Positions 1-11,793 of a DNA stretch of 64,000 bases are shown piece by piece. Both the position numbers and the translations under genes were made by a program. The notes under the pieces are model-generated. The model made no database searches, was not told the origin of the DNA, and saw nothing but the letters and a program-made list of their open reading frames with translations. Within the stretch, counting starts at the first letter, position 1; every line of letters starts with the position of its first letter. The DNA comes from Chiloscyllium plagiosum (lineage: Eukaryota), in contig NC_057711.1 in the NCBI RefSeq assembly GCF_004010195.1, positions 77,598,925 to 77,662,924 of the forward strand. The letters are read 5' to 3'.

Positions 1-321
1 CTGATGGGTGAGTGCTGAACCAGAGGACACAGCTTAAAAATATGGGGTAGACCATTTAGGACAGAGATGAGGAGAAACTTGTTCACCCAGAGAGTGGTGG
101 CTGTGTGGAATGCTCTGCCCCAGAGGGCAGTGGAGGCCCAGTCTCTGGATTCATTTAAGAAAGAGTTGAATAGGGCTCTCAAGGATTGTGGAATCAAGAG
201 TTATGGAGATAAGGCAGGAAGAGGATACTGATTAAGGATGATCAGCCATGATCATATTGAATGGTGGTGCAGGCTCGAAGGGCAGAATGGCCAATCCTGC
301 ACCTATTGTCTATTGTCTATT
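1..321 (+). mobile_element. CR1 LINE 3' end (ORF2 C-terminus, 3' UTR, CTATTGT microsatellite tail)
   Basis: Encodes RTEMRRNLFTQRVVAVWNALP; closely similar to 14514-14836; ends in ctattgtctattgtctatt. Confidence 0.9.
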
Positions 322-639
322 ATCTTCATTTACAGCTGGGTTAACTGGGATCTCTAGGTTCTGGATAAGGTGTCTGTAATCAATTTCCGAGCAATACGGG
401 TGATTTTTAAGGGGCACAGTTGAATGAATTAACTCCAACAGAATAAACAGTCATTCTAGGTTTAACTGCTTCCAAATAAGTTAGTAGGTTTGTGATCAGT
501 TTACAGTGTGGTCTTTCTGTATCCATCTTGTACATACATCTCAAAGTGTTTGGAAGTCAATAAAACACATGGCTTTCCTTCCTACTACGGAGGACTGACT
601 CTTATGCTCATTTAGATTTCTATTGCTTGACTGGTATTC

Positions 640-845
640 TAGACACCCAGGTTCACATCCGACTGCAACCAAAGAGAGAATTTGAATTCAATAAAAATCT
701 AGAAGTAACAATCTCTTGGAAATTGTCTGAACAAACAAATCTGGTTCACTAATCTTCATTAGGGAAGGAAAATTGCCATCCTTGACTGGTCTGGCTTATA
801 TGTGACTCCAGAATCACACCGATATGATTGGATCATAATTGCTAT
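640..845 (+). mobile_element. Degenerate SINE-like interspersed repeat
   Basis: Motifs gaatttgaattcaataaaaatct, atctggttcactaat..agggaaggaaa and tatatgtgactccaga recalled from shark SINEs; not database-verified. Confidence 0.45.
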
Positions 846-1149
846 CTTATTTGACAGTCACAACAAAGCAACACAAAGGAAATAAATACTGACTGCAGTT
901 AACTCTATAATGCAAACCAAATGCTGGCATAATACGTTTGACAGCCCATGATGGTCTTCTGTAGCCATCTAGCTTACTCCCGGAATTGGGTATCCATTAG
1001 GTCCTGTTTGTCTTATAGCAGCTGATGCAGCTGCTGAGTGCAGTCATCCACAAGGACAGCTTCCTCAATGTAAATGTCCTCATCCTTCTCTTTGGATAAC
1101 TCAGATTTCTTCCCCAGATCCTTAGCACCTATTACATTGCCTTGTTGCT

Positions 1150-1310
1150 TTCTCTAATTGTGCAAATCATAGCATTTCAGGATGGCGCAGCATGCTCTCT
1201 CTGCACTATATTGGAGTCCCCCACCTAAAACTGTTTCATGCTATGGAGTTGCATCTTCAGCAGCTCTATTGCTTGCTCCAATCCAGCCCCAGTTGCAGAA
1301 CGTGCAACAA
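1150..1310 (-). pseudogene. PIF/Harbinger (HARBI1-like) transposase C-terminal remnant
   Basis: Minus strand reads SATGAGLEQAIELLKM, then after a frameshift GGLQYSAERACCAILKCYDLHN, matching the Harbinger pattern R..IE..IG.LK.R....G.LQY....V..II.ACC.LHN. Confidence 0.6.
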
Positions 1311-2602
1311 CTTGGGAAAGCTGCAGCACTAGCTGAGTGACCATTGCACTGCATTAAAAAGGGAGTGCTTGGTATCCTCCAACTCCCTTCTATCCCAAAT
1401 CTACATTAATCATCCAAAATTTTACATTGTATTCCTCACAGTCCATCATCATACTTATATGATTTATGACGAAACGATGTTCCCTCATCCCAAAGCACCT
1501 TTGCATTTCTATAGATGATGGGGCTTTTGGCCTGCATTTGCTTCCTTGTGAATTGTTGCCTCTAATCTCTGATATGACAATGTTAGTTCAGCTAACTCCA
1601 ATGGCATAGTACAATTTAACTTGCACGAACATTTGATACATCAGCACATTCATTCCACATGATTTTCATACATGCCAAGAAATGTTTGGAAATGAACTGT
1701 CCCTTCATGTTTTTGCTTCTTCATCCAGCAGCTGTGGATGCTGCATTTTTACCCATCAAAGTGACACTGAGTCTGCCCGACAATCACCCAGCCACTTTCT
1801 GGTTCCATTTTGTATCTAGAGAATGGTAAGTGATGGAAAGTAGGGAACACAGATCCCAGTTGATACCATTAGCATCAGGCTGTGCCTGTTCAACATGCAC
1901 CAAATCACCTCCATATCCCCTTTTACCTCATATTACACCAGCAGCCCATTTCTAGCCATTCACCATCCCCCCAAAATATGGATACCCACCATATTGAATG
2001 TTGTCTCTATCTTTTCTGCCCCCTGAGCCCTGACTTTACATTTTAAATGTACCAACCCTGCTCCTATATGCTCTACAGTGGGTGGTCCTGCCAATAACCA
2101 CACCCTCCAGCAGCCTTCAATTCCCTCCGATTTTGTTCCATGTTCACATCTTGACACAGACCTTGAGATTTCAATTCACTGTTCATAATCCTTGATCCCA
2201 CCTTCACAAACACTTTTGATTTACCCCCTCCCTCCCATATTTTTGATTCATCCACCCTTTTTGTCAGTGATCCCTCCTCTACCCCACAGGCTCCCTCGAA
2301 CCTTCCTTAACAATTAATAGATAGACCTCCAGGAATGTATTTGCCCCAGATCTTTAACTAACTTTGAAAAGCAGCACTTGGACCATCAAAGACACCTCCA
2401 TTGTCATCATGATATCTACACATTTCAGCAAATTATCTATATGCTAGAGAGACTCATAGTCTCACTTGTTATTGCAAACAGTTAAATTTTATTTTGGAAA
2501 GGAGGGAATATTCCATTTGTACCTTGTCTTTAAGAAAGTTCACAATTAAAGCTTCCATTTGCTGTGTATACAATGTTGTGTCTCTGCCTGACTGCCAGTC
2601 TA

Positions 2603-2637
2603 GTGTGTGTGTGTGTGTGTGTGTGGGTGTGTGTGTG
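2603..2637. repeat. (GT)n microsatellite
   Basis: Direct reading. Confidence 0.95.
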
Positions 2638-3299
2638 GGGTGGGGGGGCTCAAGCTGCACATATAGAAATCAGTGCGCTGATGTCTGCTTCATAACTTGC
2701 AATGAAGCATAACTTGCTTCATAACTTCAACTGCTTTAAGCAAACTAAGTGGTGAGTTCATCAATCCCTGATGAACAATTGATTATTAGATCATTATCAC
2801 TAACATTACAAATATCACTCACTACACCATCACATCCTCCTGCATTTCTTGCCTAAACCCTTAAATCTGTGTCCCTTGTCCTTGAATGATCAGCTAATTT
2901 ATTAGTTAATGTTTATTATCTACCTTACCTAAACATTATCTTCTTCGTACACCTCTGTAAATTTCCTTTCAATATCCTTTGCTTCAAGTAGAATCAGCAA
3001 AAGAAAGTTCTGTTTTTGGACAACCAGCTACCATCAGAAAATATTTAAGGTAGAGTATTGTCACTAATTCTCCTTTTGTACTGTATCTAAAGGAGTATTT
3101 GTTTAACAGGGTTAACAGTGATAGAGGATGAACCATTAGGGAGTCTTAACAACAAAATGCAGTTTATTTCATGACATCAGCAAGCACATGTTAGATTAGT
3201 TGGTTAGTTAAACATAAGAATTAAAACTATCAGAAGCTAAATGCATTGCAATCTCAAACTAGACTTCTCTTTCTCCACCCATGTCTCAATGACACCATC

Positions 3300-4370
3300 A
3301 GATTAGCAGAGCCTGTGATCTTCAACATTAACCAGCGCTTAATACAACAAACATCTCTGTTTATGAAGCCCAAGATCCCAAATGCTTTGTGAACTATCTC
3401 TAAATATATCCTGTGTATGAACCTCCAGGTCATTCTGTCCCTGCACATTTTTTACAGCTGTGCCCTTAAGTCTTTATTGCCTCTTCCTATACCTTTAAGC
3501 AAAATGCATCACCGTACATATTTCTGTATTGAATTCAACCTTTCTCTTGCCTTCACATTCTAATAACAATGCCCTATTGCCGTTCAAATCTTTCTCAGTC
3601 TATCGCGTTTTCAAGTTTGGTATCATCAGCAAATTTTGAAATTTTACTCTGCATAGCAATAAACAAGTTATTTAAAATCAACAAATCAGGATTCCTAGCA
3701 CTAAACTTTAAGGGACAGCACTCTCTACCATCCCCCAGACTGAAAAAAACAATCTTTTCCCATAGTTCACTGTTATATGACCTTAACCCATTTTTAAAAT
3801 TCAGTTTGACACCGACCTTCTTATGCCCTCAGCATCCATTTTGGTAACCATCTTTTAATGTGGTACTTTCTCAAACACTTTAATGAAACCCATAGATGCA
3901 ATATTATTGCTTTCCTTCATCAATCTTTTATGTAACATCATTAAAAAAAACTTGACTAGTCAAGTATGTTATGCCTTCTACAAATCTGTGCTGGTTCACC
4001 TCAACTAACTCAAACCACAAAGTGCCTGTTGACTCTTTCCCCTAATTATTGTCTTGAAAACCTCTCTTACCCACTACTGGATGTTCTATTGACCAACCTG
4101 CTAGATACTAAGAATACCTTTACCACTTTCTCAAATAAGGCTGTCACATTTGCTACTATACAGTCCTCTGCCATCTTTCCTTAGTAACCTGCATAAGAAA
4201 CATCCTAGGCTGACAAATTATCAATTTGAAGCATAGCCAGAACATTTTGTACATTCTATCAAATTTTTCTTGATCCATTATCAGCACCATACCTGCTTTT
4301 ACTGATACTTTGTCAGCACTAATAGAATGTACTCATTAGATACCTTAGCCTTGCCCTACAACGCTAAACA
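3300..4370 (-). mobile_element. Old degraded CR1 ORF2 fragment
   Basis: Minus strand contains the SKFADDTKL motif (gtatcatcagcaaattttgaa on plus) and KAFGILGFINR. Confidence 0.65.
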
Positions 4371-4508
4371 TATATCATGGCTGGGTCCCTTGTGTGCAGT
4401 GGTAATAATCCTCCCCACCCCTCCTACTATAGCTCAGAAGTAAATGTCCCACCTGCCCCAGGCATGTGTCATCATTTGAGTGCCCAGACTGATTAAAAGT
4501 ATGTATAT

Positions 4509-4718
4509 GGTGAAAAATGTGTGCTGGAAAAGCGCAGCAGGTCAGGCAGCATCCAAGGAGCAGGAGAATCGACGTTTCGGGCATAAGCCCTTCTTCAGGA
4601 AGGCTTATGCCCGAAACGTCGATTCTCCTACTCCTTGGATGCTGCCTGACCTGCTGCACTTTTCCAGCAACACATTTTTCACCTCTCATCTCCAGCATCT
4701 GCAGTCCTCACTTTCTCC
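4509..4718. mobile_element. Non-autonomous Penelope-type fold-back element, family A, with hammerhead ribozyme
   Basis: Inverted repeat 4509-4683; TSD taaaa(g/t)tatgtatat at 4494-4508 and 4719-4733. Confidence 0.85.
4567..4602 (-). ncRNA. Minimal type-I hammerhead ribozyme motif (family A)
   Basis: UUC CUGAAGA A GGGC-UUAU-GCCC GAAA CGUC GA: complete core, GUC cleavage triplet. Confidence 0.75.
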
Positions 4719-6154
4719 TAAAATTATGTATATCACTCACTTTGTTCATAGTTGCACTGACCTACCTCTTACTATTCGCTTTCTATTTTTATGCTGTTAG
4801 AAGATTTTGCTTGCCCAACAATGACATCAATCGATAGAGTGGCTGTGGAAGCAACAGAATCCTTTCCTCACCTGATCAACATAGTTTGAGGCACATTCTG
4901 AGAAAATCACCTGCTGCCTGAGACTGTAAGAAGTGAAACTCTACAAAATCTAGTCTCTGTTATTGTTTTGCTAGCTTGGCAACAGGGATTCTTACACAAG
5001 TTCTGCCTACATGACCGTAACACAGTGCATTCTACCCAAACAGGAATATACAATAGCTCTGGCAAGTGGCAACATAACATGGCTAAAGGTCCGTGGGCAC
5101 TAAGCATTACATTACACTAAGCAATACCAATTGCTGACAATAAAAATAGAAAGTGTTGGAGAAAGGCCTGGCAGTACTGTAGTGAAACAGAGTTAATACT
5201 ATGACTTCTTCCAAAGAACTTGCCTTTCTGTCAAACATTTCTGAGATGCTTAATCAAAATTTTATTTCAGAAATGTGGAGCTTCAGATTTTTATCAAAAA
5301 ACAAGTATTAGATTGGAAAACTGCATGGCGTTGTCACTCCTTAGAAAATTTGGCCCATTATTGGGGCAGGGCACATAGCATCGAACATGGAGGTCATTCG
5401 CCTGCATTCTAAAACTCCTCATTGTAAAACTCCCTAAATTATTAAGTACTATATCTGTTAAAGCAGCATTGTATAAACAATGATAAAGGTCTCCCAAATA
5501 GATCAGTGAAGTTTAAATCCAGTCTTGACTGAAATTTACACTTGGGTTTTGACTGATAAGAGAAGGTTTGTGTGAAATAAAATCCTACGACTTCTCATTC
5601 CTACATAATCAAAATATACATCACGTTTGATTGCATTATTTAACAATAGCCACCACACAGTTCTAATATGAAAGAAGCAGAATAATGTGATCAATGTGAT
5701 CAGTTGAAATAAGCCAGGCAGCTTTCTCCAGATGAAGCAGAGTAAACAATGCAGTATTCCAGTCAATCACAATACAAACAAATTTTACGAATTGCACCAT
5801 GATCATGTACATTTTCCTTATGCACATTAAGTCAACCCAGAGACCTGACAAGCAGCAGAGAAAAATAAACATGTAAATTACAAATTCTTTTTAATTGAAT
5901 GAAATATGGCTAAATTCTTGATATGCTAATATACATTCCCATCAAATGGAGTTTCTTGCTGGGAGTATGAATTTGTAAACTTACCCTTTAGAGTATAATA
6001 TCCTGCACTGCAGATCAAAGTTTCTACTCCTGGAAGAGGCAAGAAGAATGGACAGCTTAATTGGATTAGAGTCAAAAATTAGGATCTTGCCAGCAGGATT
6101 ATTTTTTTCAATTAAGCTCCCTGATCTCTGAAATGCAGATAAACCTTCCTAACT

Positions 6155-6585
6155 ATGTTAGAGCCTGGGTGTCCTTGGAGAAGGAGCACGTGGTGTCCAC
6201 CAACACCCTGGAGTTGTTCAGGGAGAGGTGGGCGCCGCTGGGAGTGGAGTGCATCATTTCTCCCTCCAACTCTATTTTGATTTAGTCCCTACCCTCCCCT
6301 TCACTGTTCTGATCACACAGCACTGCCCTTTCATGTGAAGGGCAGTGTTTGTCACTGGCCACCCGGGTGTTTTCCTATCTTCCTGGTGGTGGAAATTGAA
6401 TAAAGATTCGTGCACTTTGTGTCTTCCACTGTGTCTCACACCTGCACACACACACCATGGGTGCTGGGGATAAAATAAGCACTACCGCACTTAGGTGGTA
6501 GTGTGGGGGTTAAAATAAAAAAAAAGAAGAAAAAGAAAAAAAAACAAACAGGGACCTGATGGAGCACGAAGAAAAAAAAAAAAAA
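6155..6585 (+). mobile_element. 5'-truncated Tx1-clade LINE with 3' UTR, double A-tail and 16-bp TSD
   Basis: RAWVSLEKEHVVSTNTLELFRERWAPLGVECIISPSNSILI*; TSD ataaaccttcctaact at 6139-6154 and 6586-6601. Confidence 0.85.
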
Positions 6586-6634
6586 ATAAACCTTCCTAAC
6601 TGCTGGTAGGGAAGTCTATCTGTATGGAACTATA

Positions 6635-6812
6635 TTGTTCCATCATTGTGTTAAAATCCTGGAACTCCCTTATTAACAATGTTGTGGCTGTCCCTACACT
6701 TGAAAGACTGCAGTGGTTCAAGCAGGCAGCAACGATCTTATTCAGAGCAATTAGAGATGGGCAATAAGTACTATTCTAGCCAGTGATACTTACATCCCAC
6801 AAATAAAAAAAA
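6635..6812 (+). mobile_element. LINE (CR1/L2 group) 3' end
   Basis: Tail gcaattagagatgggcaataag...catcccacaaataaaaaaa, related to 27400-27500 (-), 27990-28710 (+) and 29395 onward (-). Confidence 0.6.
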
Positions 6813-8184
6813 GTTCGACACAACTGAGAAATTCCATGCTTTCTATTGCCTGGCTGTGTATAAGAAGCAAATATATTTGGCAATCCTTATTTACTTCTGG
6901 ACTTCAGGTTAGGTACTTGCAACTCTGATTGATACTATTTAAACAAAGGTTGCATTCAATTTCAGTGTAAGATTTTTAAGGACTGAGCAAGCAGGTGGGG
7001 GAGGAAGGTGGCTGCAGCAGGTTGAGGGGGGGGGGGGAGTGGTGATGGTGCAAGAGGATGCAGACTGGAGATAAAGTAGTGAGGAAGAGGAAGGATCAGT
7101 GTGGCAAAGTTGGCGTGCTGTTCAATCAGAATTTGGGCATTGATTTTCCAAGGGTGGATGGACAGATATTGCAAGATTTTCTGTCCTGTATTGCTTCACA
7201 TGGGGTGATAGTTAGAAAGGGAGAATCACAGGGAGTTGGCTACCCAAGGTGTAATACTTTCACATAAAGCTCATGTGCAGGGATCTGTCTGTTAATATGA
7301 GTATGTTGACAATGATATGTACGTGGTCTTGTGGAAGTCATGTGCAGAAATCCATGGTCACATGGGGAGGAAGGTCTTACTGAAGGTGAGAGTGCAAGTG
7401 GACTCAAGGATGGATATAACCACAGAGGAAGGGAAAGGATGTTATCCATAAGCTGTGCAGGTGGCAGAGGATGGAATGGAAGCTCTATAATCTCATGCTA
7501 GAAGAAGAGGAGAGTGGTGGAGAAGTTTGGGATTTGAGGGCGTTGTTGATGGTCTATCATGCTAACACATGCTTAGAATAATTCTGCCGAGACCACTCAA
7601 AGGGAGGCTGACTATTTGCATTAAAATTGCGCTGACAATGTTTTAAGTACATCATCTAATGCTAATGTCTCCATTAATTTGGAAGATTGTTTGCTAAGAC
7701 CTGTGCTTTTGTGCTAGACATGATGGACCTAACCATGCTGCCCATGCTGATGGGGAGAAAATATGCAAGATCAAGGGTTTTACTAGGGTGTCATAGAGCA
7801 AATCTAGAGGACAAATCTAAAAATGAATGATCACTTGTATCAATGAACTATTAATCATAGATCTCCTGAAACCATCAGCACTATGGCACATCAGAAACCT
7901 TCCCTCCTTCCACCATCTTGCAGCCAAGAAGGATCTAGTACAGATGGATGCTGGAACAGCAACAGCAGGCAGATGCTGTAGGCCAGCCTGAGAGGAGTAA
8001 CAGCCGGAGCAGTAGGGGCCATGCTGACAATAAACATTGGCTAGAAACTACATTTACAGTTGTCACTGCAGCTAGCTCCAACTGGATACAATGCAGAAGG
8101 CACTTTTGGATGTTCCAGGAGATTGTCTTCTATATCTGAAGCTGCTGGATGAGCACTTGTAGCTGCAAAGAATGCTGGTTAGCT

Positions 8185-8255
8185 AGAAAGTGACAGCAGC
8201 CCTCAATTTTTATACCCATGGATCATTTCAGGAGACACTGGAGTCATTGTGGAAT
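8185..8255 (+). pseudogene. Harbinger transposase remnant (N-terminal HTH region)
   Basis: KVTAALNFYTHGSFQ resembles the HARBI1-type motif AL.FYATGSFQ. Confidence 0.55.
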
Positions 8256-9729
8256 TGTTTGTTTGAGCGAGGCCCATTTTGATATTGGGAGCATCACGTT
8301 CCATCTTTTCACAAGCAGCATGGTGAGATTCCTGCGAGGCAACAGTGAGTTACCAATCAAATGGACTAATTTTTTTTTTAAACACCTCATTGAAGGCTCA
8401 ACTTACCTCGTTAATAGTAAGCCTTCTCTCTTACTAGAATTGCCAAACAAGAAAAATGTTGAGGAAACAAACTGGAAACCAAACTGGGTACTTGACAAAT
8501 TCAGCTCATGACTTGCTCTAAAGGGTCTCTGCGATGGATACTGGACACTAATACCTCACGGCAGGCTCCATGAACACTGGACATACATATCTCACTTCCA
8601 CAGACATTTACTCTAACATGCGCCAGCCTCTAAGAACCGTCATGGCACATCTCTGATTCACTTACAATGCTCTATCTCAGACTGAACTGGCAACTATCAT
8701 TACAATGCTGCAGCAAAGACACTTTGCATCCAGGACAGGCACCAAGCTTTATGGATTAGACCAGGCTGCATCTCCAGACTCTTCAGTCATTGTCATAGTG
8801 CATACTCACTCTGAGCTGATTACAGCCTCTTAGCTTTGTATTGCCTTGCCTTACCATTTTTTTTTGCTTTGCCCCCTCATCCAGAGATACCTGGCTCATA
8901 TTACTTCTGTCTAGCTTTGCCATTTAGTAATGGTGATGGTTGTCAGTAGACCTCAGTCATATCAAGGCTTTGGTCAGGGGTCAGGCACTAAGTGATCTGA
9001 TACCAGAACAGGGGCTTGGACACAATCAGTCAGCTTCACAGGACAGCCAGACATGGATGCTCTATACATAAGGGGTGGGAGTCACATGGCAAGCAGCCCA
9101 CCACAGTCCTGAATCTTTCTGCCTTATTAGGAACCTTTCTGCCTTTCCTATTTACCTCCAGGAAAGAGATGCAAGTATTAAGGGACATGAAAGTGGGAGG
9201 ACCAGCGGTTACTTTTGATGCAGGTAAAGAGATGATCTGAATGAGTGAGTAGACAGCTGGAGGGCTTGCAGGGTTAGTGATGCGGGTGGTGATGATGAGT
9301 GAGGGAAGATATTGCAGGCAGTAGTGAGAATGATAGAGAATGAGCCTTGGTGGAAGTTGGATACAGTAGCTGTGATAGAGTGAGTGTAAGCTTTGGAATG
9401 CCAGTAGTCAGCTGGGTGGACAGTAGCCTCTTAAAGATGTCACAGACATCAGAGACGCTGGTCTTTTGATAGATACCCTGAGAGTGGTGAGTTGTTCCAC
9501 AATCAGTAAGTTGGGGATAGAATCAAATATGAGGGGAGCCACAGGGATGGGGTAGGTAGTTAATAAGGTATATTTGATAAGATAAGAAACCTCACTAGGT
9601 CTCATGGTGAACATGACTACAAAAACCTCAGTACAAATCACACTTCATCAAACAACGTAAGATTCAACCCATTACTGTTAAAAATATTGGGATCCAGCGA
9701 TGGCACACCTGATTCATTAGGACCTCAAG

Positions 9730-9856
9730 GTAAAAACAATGACTGCAGATGCTGGAAACCAGATTCTGGATCAATGGTGCTGGAAGAGCACAGCAATTCA
9801 GGCAGCATCGAGGAGCTTCAGCAAAATCGACGTTTCGGGCAAAAGCCCTTCATCAG
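9730..9856 (-). mobile_element. Family A Penelope-type short element, single arm, hammerhead at its terminus
   Basis: TSD gacctcaag at 9721-9729 and 9856-9864; minus strand CUGAUGA A GGGC-UUUU-GCCC GAAA CGUC at about 9826-9856. Confidence 0.8.
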
Positions 9857-10779
9857 ACCTCAAGCTGGTCTCCCCAATCTCCACCCAGTAATATGTCATG
9901 ATATCATTGGATCAATGGAGCTGAATGCAATTTCCAACATTAACCCTTTCACAGTTAGTATCTAATCAGATTCTTGGTAGAGGAAGTGATGAAGGAGCAA
10001 GGAGATTTGTTCTGATTCGGAAGACGAAGGTATTGTTTGTGACATTGGGCAAAAGATCACTCACAGGAAGAAGCTAGGACAATAGTCTAACAAGGTAGAC
10101 ATACATGTGAAACCTTATTACTAACAGATTCCATCTGATTGAGCTATTGATACATGTTTGTTTTTATGTTATTAATTTTGGAACCAGCTGGCGAGACAGC
10201 CCTCTTTTCTTCTTTGGATCATTGAATGAATATCATTTCATTTTACTTTGTGCATTGAAGGAAAGGTCCTTTTCCACTTTGACAATGTTGGTACATCAAA
10301 TCGCATAGACGAATCTAGGATTTGTGCTCATTATGGTCAATTGAAGCTGCACAACACTTGGTATTCCCATGACCACAGGTTCCCGGAGAAAAGAAGAATA
10401 GGGAGACTTCAACCTGGGAAGCATTTTTCATTCTTTCATCTGCAGATCCTGGTCATATTTTTTCCTAACCCAAATAGATTATCTCTAACGTGTCCACATT
10501 GTATTGTATGCCAGCCTCATTCTCCTCTCCGTGACCTCATTGTAAAAGGTCATTCTCACTGAAACTAATCGGTTGAGTCTTGATTGATTTTTTTGCAGCA
10601 GAGAGCGGCGGGAGCTGGGCAGAAGTGAAGTCGGAGTGCTGAGGCCGTTGGGAAGGTGGGTGAGTGTTATTTAAGTAGGTGTGTTCTAGGCCCCAGGTCC
10701 TACACAGTAGGGCCTCCTCTAACCTAAATTAAAAGTCCACAGACTTGCAATAAAACATGGGGGTCGAGGGAAGTTTCTG

Positions 10780-11793
10780 TTGAGAAAAGAGCGAGTCTTT
10801 GGCTCAGGAGTCTTCGACAAAGAAGTTGAGAGAAGTGATTACGCCACAGTTGAAGAGGATGAAGACATGACTGCCAAGCTGATTCAGTGTACTGCGTGCA
10901 TGACTTGGGAGGTCAGGGACTCTGGTGTAGCTGGCTCGTATAACTGTGGAAAGTGTGTACACATTCAGCTTCTGACAGAGCATATTGCAGCACTGAAGAA
11001 AGAACTAGATGACCTCAGGCTCATCCGAGAGAATGAGATCTTTCTGAACAGGATCTTCAGCAAGGTTATTACACCGAGGATACCAGAAGAGAGTAGAAGG
11101 GAGAAGACGATGAGGAAGGCAGAGATGAGACAAGTGCACGAGACCCCGGGGGAAGTACCTGTCAGGAACAGGTTGAATCTCTTGGAAACCGTAGAGACAG
11201 ATGTCGCTGCTAGTCTGAGAGGCGGTCAGGTCTGCCAATCAGAAATTGGCGTGGAGGCAGAGCCGAGGAGTCAGACATCACATAGAGCCGTGGTAATAGG
11301 GGACTTCATAGTGAGAGGGACTGAAAGGGGTTTCTGCGGCAACAGGTGGGATTTGAGGATGGTTTGTTGTCTTCCTGGTGCCAGGATTTCGGATATCGCA
11401 GACAGAGTGCAGGAAATCCTCAAGGGCGAAGGTGATGAGCCAGATGTGGTGGTGCATGTCGGCACAAATGATGTCGGGTAGAAGAGGAGGGACATTCTAC
11501 GGCGGGACTTCGGAGAACTTGGAAGAAGGCTGAAAAGCATGACATCCAGGGTGGTTATCTCTGGTTTGCTTCCAGTTCCTCAGGCTGGAGAGGACAGGAA
11601 CAGAGAGATACTGGACTTGAATGTGTGGCTGGGGAACTGGTGCAGGAAGCAAGGATTTAAATTCTTAGATCACAGGGGTAAATTTAGCAGTAAGGCTAAA
11701 TTATACAAGAGGGACGGGTTGCACCTTAATAGGTGGGGGACCAGCATTCTGGCAGATAGGTTTGCCACTGCAACACAGCTGTGTTTAAACTAA
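10780..11793 (+). pseudogene. CR1 ORF1 (zinc finger/leucine zipper + SGNH esterase)
   Basis: CxxC...CxxC followed by coiled coil; VIGDF (normally GDS), LPGAR, HVGTND and DGLHLN blocks; internal stop at 11479-11481. Confidence 0.9.

Noticed and set aside
4375..4837. Overlapping ORFs of about 106 aa on both strands (also at 26607-26938 and 46874-47627)
   Set aside because: Artefacts of palindromic repeats; the same peptide appears on both strands
5135..5280. Very degenerate relative of the fold-back elements (also about 27255-27360)
   Set aside because: Too diverged; no hammerhead core or TSD readable
10248..10562. 104-aa ORF upstream of the CR1
   Set aside because: Non-ATG start, no domain and no splice signals; length compatible with chance
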